From the human T2T-CHM13v2.0 reference genome, Homo sapiens: a stretch of 64,000 bases of DNA. The DNA lies in assembly GCF_009914755.1 (NCBI RefSeq), contig NC_060928.1. One strand, written 5' to 3'. Position numbers and translations under genes: made by a program. The notes beneath the pieces were generated by a model, which was given only the letters and a program-made list of their open reading frames with translations, had not been told where the DNA came from and made no database searches. Shown piece after piece: positions 56,705 to 64,000 of the stretch; within the stretch, counting starts at the first letter, position 1, and the number at the start of each line of letters is the position of its first letter.

Positions 56705-57332
56705 AAGCAGAGTGTAGAGAATGGGTGTAGACTTTGAAGTCTAATAGGCCTGGGCTGACCCTGGCCTGGCCTTTTCCCTTGCCAGGGAAGTGACCTTGGG
56801 CAAATTCTTTCACCAACTTGAGTCTTGGTTTTGAGTTCATATAGTAAGCATTACATATATATATATATACACACACACACATATATATATACATATATAT
56901 GTGTATATATGTATATGTAATGCTTACTATATGAACATATGTATACATATATACATATATGTGTATATATGTATACATAGATATGTGTATGTATGTATAC
57001 ATAGATATGTGTATGTATGTATACATATATGTGTATATATGTATACATATATATGTGTATGTATGTATACATATATGTGTATATATCTATACATATATAT
57101 GTGTATGTATGTATACATATATATGTGTGTGTATGTATATATGTATGTATATATGTATATATGTATGTGTATATATGTATATATATGTATACACACATCC
57201 CCACACTCATACACACACACATATATATAATACATACATATAACAATCTCACAGTAATGATCTGAAAAATGAGATGCTGTAAGTGCTTATAAAATTGCAT
57301 AAAATGTTAGACAATTGAAGGTATGATTATTA
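56705..57332 (+). mobile_element. MIR split by a long TA/TG tract
   Basis: GTGACCTTGGGCAAATT before the tract; AAATGAGATGCTGTAAGTGCTTA after it. Confidence 0.7.
56855..57242. repeat. ~390-bp compound (TA)/(TG)/(CA) alternating purine-pyrimidine tract
   Basis: Direct reading; recurring ~22-24-bp units such as GTATACATAGATATGTGTATGTAT. Confidence 0.95.
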
Positions 57333-57334
57333 TT

Positions 57335-57565
57335 GTAACTAACATTTATTAAGCAATTACTGTATGCCAGAAAGTGATCTGAATACTTTGTGTATATTTA
57401 CTTGTTTAATCTTCCCAATATACAATGAGACTGTACTATTACTACCTCCTTCTAAAGAAGAACAAGCCCAGGCCTGGATGAGCCACAGTTAATGCAGTTA
57501 GTGTGTGGCAGGCTGGATCATGAGCACAGATAGCCTGTGAATGGTGCCCATGTGTATCCAGTATT
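57335..57565 (-). mobile_element. MIR SINE
   Basis: CTAACATTTATTAAGCAATTACTGTATGCCAG...TTTAATCTTCCCAA. Confidence 0.75.
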
Positions 57566-58704
57566 GCTATAGCAACATCTAGAACATCTTAGGGAGGTCC
57601 ATGGGTCTTCTCAGCTACAATAAATGGCAATGTATCACTGTAATAATTTCCACACAACTCTTTAGGCAATGAGAAGCCATTTAAAGCACAGCAATATTAT
57701 CAGGGTAAATTTGATGAATAAATATTTGTTAAATGAATTATTAAATTAAGAGAAGTCCAGACCAGTTTGTTTATTACCTGGTTTCTTGTATACACTATCA
57801 GAAAATTATTTGGTAGACACAAAAAATTCCCCTAATCTTTTACTTTTGTCATGTACAAGGAAATAGATACATAAAACACAAGTGGTACTATCCTGCTATT
57901 TTTCAGAGGTTCAGAGTTTGTTCTTGATCATGTTTATAGTCTGTTTATCTGGAGAATGCCTTGGTTTAAGATATACACAGTATAAATGCTTTGGGAAGCA
58001 GAAATAGATTTCACTTTATTATTCCTTTCACCAGTAGAACCTCATCTGTTTGTGATGATTTAATCAGTAACAGTGAACTGTTTGAAGATAACCTCCTACA
58101 TAAATCAAAAACTTCCAATATGCATTTGCTTGAGACTTTTCTAGTGACCTCTGATCAGATATGTATCTCTCTTTCTCTCTCTCTCTCCATATATATATAT
58201 GCCACACACTTTTATATCTGTTTAATATATATATATCCACTTATATGTGCATAGTGAATTATCACAGCATCAGAACAGATTGTTTTATAAGTTTGATGAT
58301 CACCAGCATTTAGTTGATTCACATGCACTCCATAGTTTGAAAATTCATTTTCTTTAAATGTAGAGGTTTGATTTTTTTTCTTTAGATGAGAGTTTATTTA
58401 AAAGCCAGACATCCTCACTTTTCTCTGTCTCTTCCTTCCTTCTTTCTGCCTATTTCAGTTTGGTTTCTTTGGTCTCAAGCAAGGTACAAAAACTTAGATT
58501 AATTAAGAAAAAACATAATGTAAGAAAAGTTATGTTGAATAGATTTGGGTTCGTTTCCTGAATGGAAACAAAAGCTGAACCACAAGGCTTTTTCATTTCC
58601 ACCAAGAGTTTGCCATTTTTTCGATCTCTGCCTGACCCCCAATCCCAAAGCCATTTCTAAGTGTAATACCAATCCCCAAAGCCATTCCTAAGTACCATGT
58701 GAAT

Positions 58705-59527
<823 letters not shown>

Positions 59528-61497
59528 GACAGGACAACAGGACAAAATATCTTGATGGACAGACTCACTAAGATGCATGTAAATTGGGAATGAAGAACCC
59601 TAAAGGAAAGCTAGAGTCTTGTTGCAACCAGAAGAGCAAATTGATGCTAAGAAGACAAAAAATATCTTGCATATGGTCCTCAAGGGCCTGGGTCTATTGG
59701 GAGGTAGCAGTTGACACCATTGAACAAAGATATGTCATTGGGCTGTTTTTATTTAGATCTTCCTATATGAGCTCAATGGGGCCTCTACTTGGAGAGCTCT
59801 TTGTTAATCATGGATTAAACACGAGTAACAAGCTTCTTATCCAAGAGGATAAAAAAGCATTCTCAGCAGTGGGTGTTAGTGAGGAACACTTCTTCCTTAT
59901 TGTTGACATCTTCATCCTGTTAAAGCTCAGTTAGTAAAACTTTGGACTTTTATCTGCCCCTTTGGCCTATGCATTGGTGAAATGACTTACATGGCTGACA
60001 TGTTTGGAAGTAATCACTGGGGATGCTCACCTGAAGTAACCCTCTATGTCTTCAGAGCTGCAAGAAGGAGAGGCTTGCCCAAGTCCAGCACCGACTGAGT
60101 TTGGTAGATAGGTCTCTCTGGGTCCAGAGTTTAGCATAATCGAGCCTGCTGGACTAACCTACTGAGGATGTGTCTTCCATCTTGGCCTCCATCTGTATTA
60201 AATGCCATGTGTGGCTTTCAGATTTTTTGTTTTATGTATTTACTTGCTCACAATCCAGGTAGAGAGGGGATTATGTTTTTGTGGGTCCTCTTGGCATTCC
60301 CAACAGAAGGAAGTAATGTGAGCAAAACAGCAGCAGCATAAAACAATTTGGGACATTATAGGAATTCTCTGGCTCACATGCCTGGACTGGAGGTGTGGAA
60401 TGGGTCTAAAACTAGAAGGCACATGATGGCCAGATAAACAAAACCATACTGAACACTGCCATACTGAACACTGGGCGTTCGACACTGAAGGCAATATATG
60501 AGAGGTTTTGTAAGTTGTTGTTGTTGTCATTTACAGCAGGTAATGGACATGAAGGAAATGTCAGTATCTTGGAAAATCCACTCAGATACCATTGTTGATT
60601 ATGTTCTGCCAGAGTTTCAAACACAATGCAATGGAGCCAAGTCCAAGTAAATACCACCTGATAGATTCAAATATGTGTACTCCACACGATTCAAACAAGG
60701 AAATGAAACCAAGTAGCCAAGAAAAAGAGAAAAGTATGAAAGGGAGGCAGAGAGGTAAAGTGAGAGTTTCCAAATAGTACAGGTGATTTCACTGTCCTGC
60801 CTCACCAATTAGGATATTGGATTTCGTTTGGCTACTAAATCACAGATCCAAAAGGACAGTGTATACCCAATACCAGCTTCAATCTGAAATTGTTGATCTC
60901 TGAATCTAATCCATTTATCACACAGGTTTGATGATTTGCCCCCAAATCTCATATTTTAATTTTCAGTGTCCTTTTCGGCTGCTAAAATTAGCTCTGCTTC
61001 TAATGTTCCTTATTTATATTCTATAGGCCAGGCTTGAGAGGAAGGTATCATCCTTAACTCCGCCTGCTTCCTCTCTCCCCTAATTAAATTAGTTACCTAG
61101 TTACTTGTTTATTGTGCCTTAGGAGAGCCCTCATTGCACTTCCATTTTGGTAGAGTACATTATTCATCAGGTCAGTTCTCTGCTCAAAAGTTGTCATTCA
61201 AAAAGGATGTAGAAGAATTGAAATATAAGAACTCTGAAATATTTTTTGTTCCAATATTTCATACTTCCTCTTACTGAACATGTCCTTTGTACCCAAGCTT
61301 GGATTCGGTGCTTGGGAGATGCCAGAATGGAGGACTTAGGCTCAAGTAAACACCAGATTTGCTCCAAGCCACTGCCATTCTTGCCTCTGTTTATGCAATA
61401 TTTTCCAATGCTGTTGCCATCTGTCTGCTAAACCCTATAGTTTCAGAAAGACACAAATCATCTCTTGTAGTGGAATTTCCATGATTTTCTGTTCAGA

Positions 61498-61704
61498 ACA
61501 AAAGTTGGCAGTATGGCCTACGGGTTGGCCTCCGTTTTTTTATAGCTTTATTAGAACAGAGCCATGCTTATCATTTACATAGTGTCCATGGCTGTTTTCT
61601 TACTATAGCGGCAGAATTGAGTGTTTGGAACACTGGCCCTACCTCTCACAAAGGTGAAAATATTTACTCTCTAGCCATTTACAAGAAAAGTTTGTTGACT
61701 CCTG
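61498..61704. mobile_element. MER58A (hAT-Charlie MITE)
   Basis: TTTATTAGAACAGAGCCATGCTTATCATTTACAT...AAAATATTTACTCTCTAGCCATTTACAAGAAAAGTTTG. Confidence 0.85.
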
Positions 61705-62599
61705 ATTTAGAGTGTTAACCACATAATGCTTGGCTTTTACCTCCCCTAATAATAAATAATGGCTATTAACAATAGTCACCACTGATGGAATAGGAAGATT
61801 GACTGAGAACTTAGATAACAGGCTGAATCCTCTTTTAGCATTACAGCATTTGATGTTGATGCCATATCTGGGGAGTAGATATGGGATTCACATATTACTG
61901 ATAAATAAACAAAGGGCTAGACTTGTTCAGGAAAGTAACCTATACTAACACTAAGTGGCAAAAGTGGGATTTGAACTTTTATTTTTCTGATCCTGAAGTC
62001 TGTACTCTGACCTGCTCTCTAGCGGATTGTGTGTATCTCTTCTCTCCTGGGCTGAATTTTAATTTTCTCTTTGTACAGGGTTTAGCATAAGGAATGCGAT
62101 CACCGTGTTTAATCACTAACTGAATGTACAGCTACATTCATGCATGCAGGGGAAAAGAGGTAGCAAGGGAATCATTTAAAACTATCAGCTGTTTCTTGGT
62201 ACTCTGAATGTAATCAGGGGAATGGAGAGTTCTTGCTTTTTTTTTTTTAATTTGTTTTTATAATCTAAGCTTCTTGAAGGCAGAGATATATATCTTCATT
62301 GAAGCAACCAAAAAATAAGTCATATCTGGGCTTAGAGAATGCCTAAGAACTAGAATCTAGGAACTAAGTTTTCTAGTTATGCTTCAGCTGCAAATTAAGT
62401 GTTATCTTGAGCAAAGCATTTATCTCTCTGAGCCCACTTATTAATTTAAATATCAAGAAAATGTTATTTGTTGCTTTTCGGGGTTTTGTGACAAAGCCTA
62501 TTCACATCTAAGAATTCATGAGCATGACTATAATATGACTTTTGGTATATTTATCATAGAATCATGAGATCGCCAGCCAGAGGGGGGAAAGGAAGAGCT

Positions 62600-62805
62600 C
62601 TAACTTTTATAAAGTGCCTGCTATGTTCGGGCACAGGTCTGGGTGTATTTCATGTAGTCCTGTGAGGAAGGTGCTATCATGATTAGAATGAAAGGAAGGT
62701 TCAGAGGGGTTCACAAGGTTTCCTAAATCAAGCACGGCGTGAGCGGTCTAGCAGGGATTCCCACCCAGGTCAGATCAGGACACACCATGTGCTGTTCCCA
62801 CCATG
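62600..62805 (-). mobile_element. MIR SINE
   Basis: AGTGCCTGCTATGTTCGGGCAC...CCTGTGAGGAAGGTGCTATCAT...CAGGGATTCCCACCCAGGTC. Confidence 0.7.
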
Positions 62806-63296
62806 TCAAGGTTTGATACACCTTGCCATAACACATTTGGCACTAAATGAGGCTGGAGTTCGTTCTTTTGTTTGCAGCTCAAGGTAATTGATCTGAAAGT
62901 GATGGAAAAAGTTAAAAGTACAACAGAAGCATACAGCATTATTAGAGTGAGTCTTCAATTTTCAGATCTTCTGAATCACAGGCTGCCTGCTATTGAATTC
63001 TGTTGTGTTAAGTAATAAATCTTATCAATTCTCTTAAACATAATGCTTCATTTTTTCTTCCTCTTACCACCACCAGCCTCTGAGCCTGGGCCTTCGTGGT
63101 TTGTCTCTTTTAGAACAGGCCACTAGAGGCTCTGTCCAATCCTATAAACAAACCTTCAAACTTTTCCAAAGTAATCTTTATATGTATCAAAGCTGATTAT
63201 GTTATGCCCAAATTAGGGAAAAAGTTAAATGATTGATTTAGCACCTAGTTCATGTCCGTGAAAATAACAGCATTTTTTTCATTACATTCTCTGCTG

Positions 63297-63385
63297 ATAC
63301 ATATATATATGGTGTATATATACATGTATCTATATATACACACACATATAAGAACATGCAACACAATATATATCATATAAAAACA
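63297..63385. repeat. TA/CA-rich low complexity
   Basis: Direct reading. Confidence 0.8.
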
Positions 63386-63399
63386 TAGACACTAACAAC

Positions 63400-63565
63400 A
63401 ATCAATAATAATAGTCTATGTGTGAATATTTCACAATTTCCATTCTTCTGTATTACTTCAATTAACTTTCCCTCACCAGCCTGTGAAGAAGCAGTACTGA
63501 TCCATATTTTATAGACAAGGAATAGAGGCTCAGGAAAGTTAAAAGGCTTGCCAACTATAATTAAC
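63400..63565 (-). mobile_element. MIR SINE fragment
   Basis: CAGCCTGTGAAG...ATTTTATAGACAAGGAATAGAGGCTCAGGAAAGTTAA. Confidence 0.75.
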
Positions 63566-64000
63566 CTTTGCTGGCTTTATTATGACCAGGCATGCCTCCA
63601 AATATTTTATATATGTCAGCCCATTGTATCTTCATGGGGTTGAAGCCAGGTGGGAGACAGGCTTTCCAAACCAAATTCTATCACCTTCCTTCACACATTC
63701 CCACCTTTCTGTGTGAGGTCCTGACCTGTTATTTCCCTCCTGCTTTGTTTCTCTTGGGATTGCTTATTTTGTGGGATATTTTGTCTTATAATCAAAACAG
63801 AATATAGTGTAAAGAATGTCACATGGGCAATAATTACATGGTGCTTTATAGGTTACGAATCAACTTTGCTGGAAATGTTTGATGTTTTCCTTTTCCTTAC
63901 AGTAACCCAAGGATATGATTATCTTTACACTTAAATTGTACAAGTTAAAACAAACAAAAAAAACAGAAGTTCAAGAAAGCCTTATATATCCTTAGTACTA

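Noticed and set aside
56688-57300. Cluster of 82-149 aa ORFs (YIHI/CVYM-rich)
   Set aside because: Translations of the TA/TG microsatellite, which lacks stop codons by composition
59584-59934. 116-aa ORF
   Set aside because: TTG start, no recognisable homology and no splice context

Overview
Non-coding primate genomic DNA (intergenic or deep intronic). It is AT-rich, CpG-depleted and dominated by interspersed repeats: 12 Alus (counting a nested fragment), old and primate-era L1 fragments, many L2/MIR relics, MaLR/ERVL solo LTRs (MLT1, MST, THE1C, MLT2, LTR16, LTR41) and hAT MITEs (MER5A, MER20, MER58A), plus microsatellites. I cannot support any protein-coding exon, RNA gene or CRISPR array, and I see no new gene-encoded system; the ORF track is explained by repeats and chance. 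One AluY carries two changes I recall as typical of Old World monkey AluYR subfamilies, so the source may be a cercopithecid rather than human. The notable signals are structural and visible directly in the sequence: (1) a ~211-bp local segment copied, with microhomology at both ends, into an L1 3'UTR 2 kb away; (2) an 81-bp inverted duplication 3.3 kb apart, a possible inversion scar; (3) a perfect 25-bp fold-back copy of unique flank inside a 390-bp TA/TG tract; (4) an Alu tail converted to a G4-type (AGGGT)18 array, in an Alu that also hosts a nested truncated Alu; (5) three L1s with twin-priming inversions. Repeat subfamily names come from recalled consensus sequences, not a database search, and boundaries of old elements are approximate.
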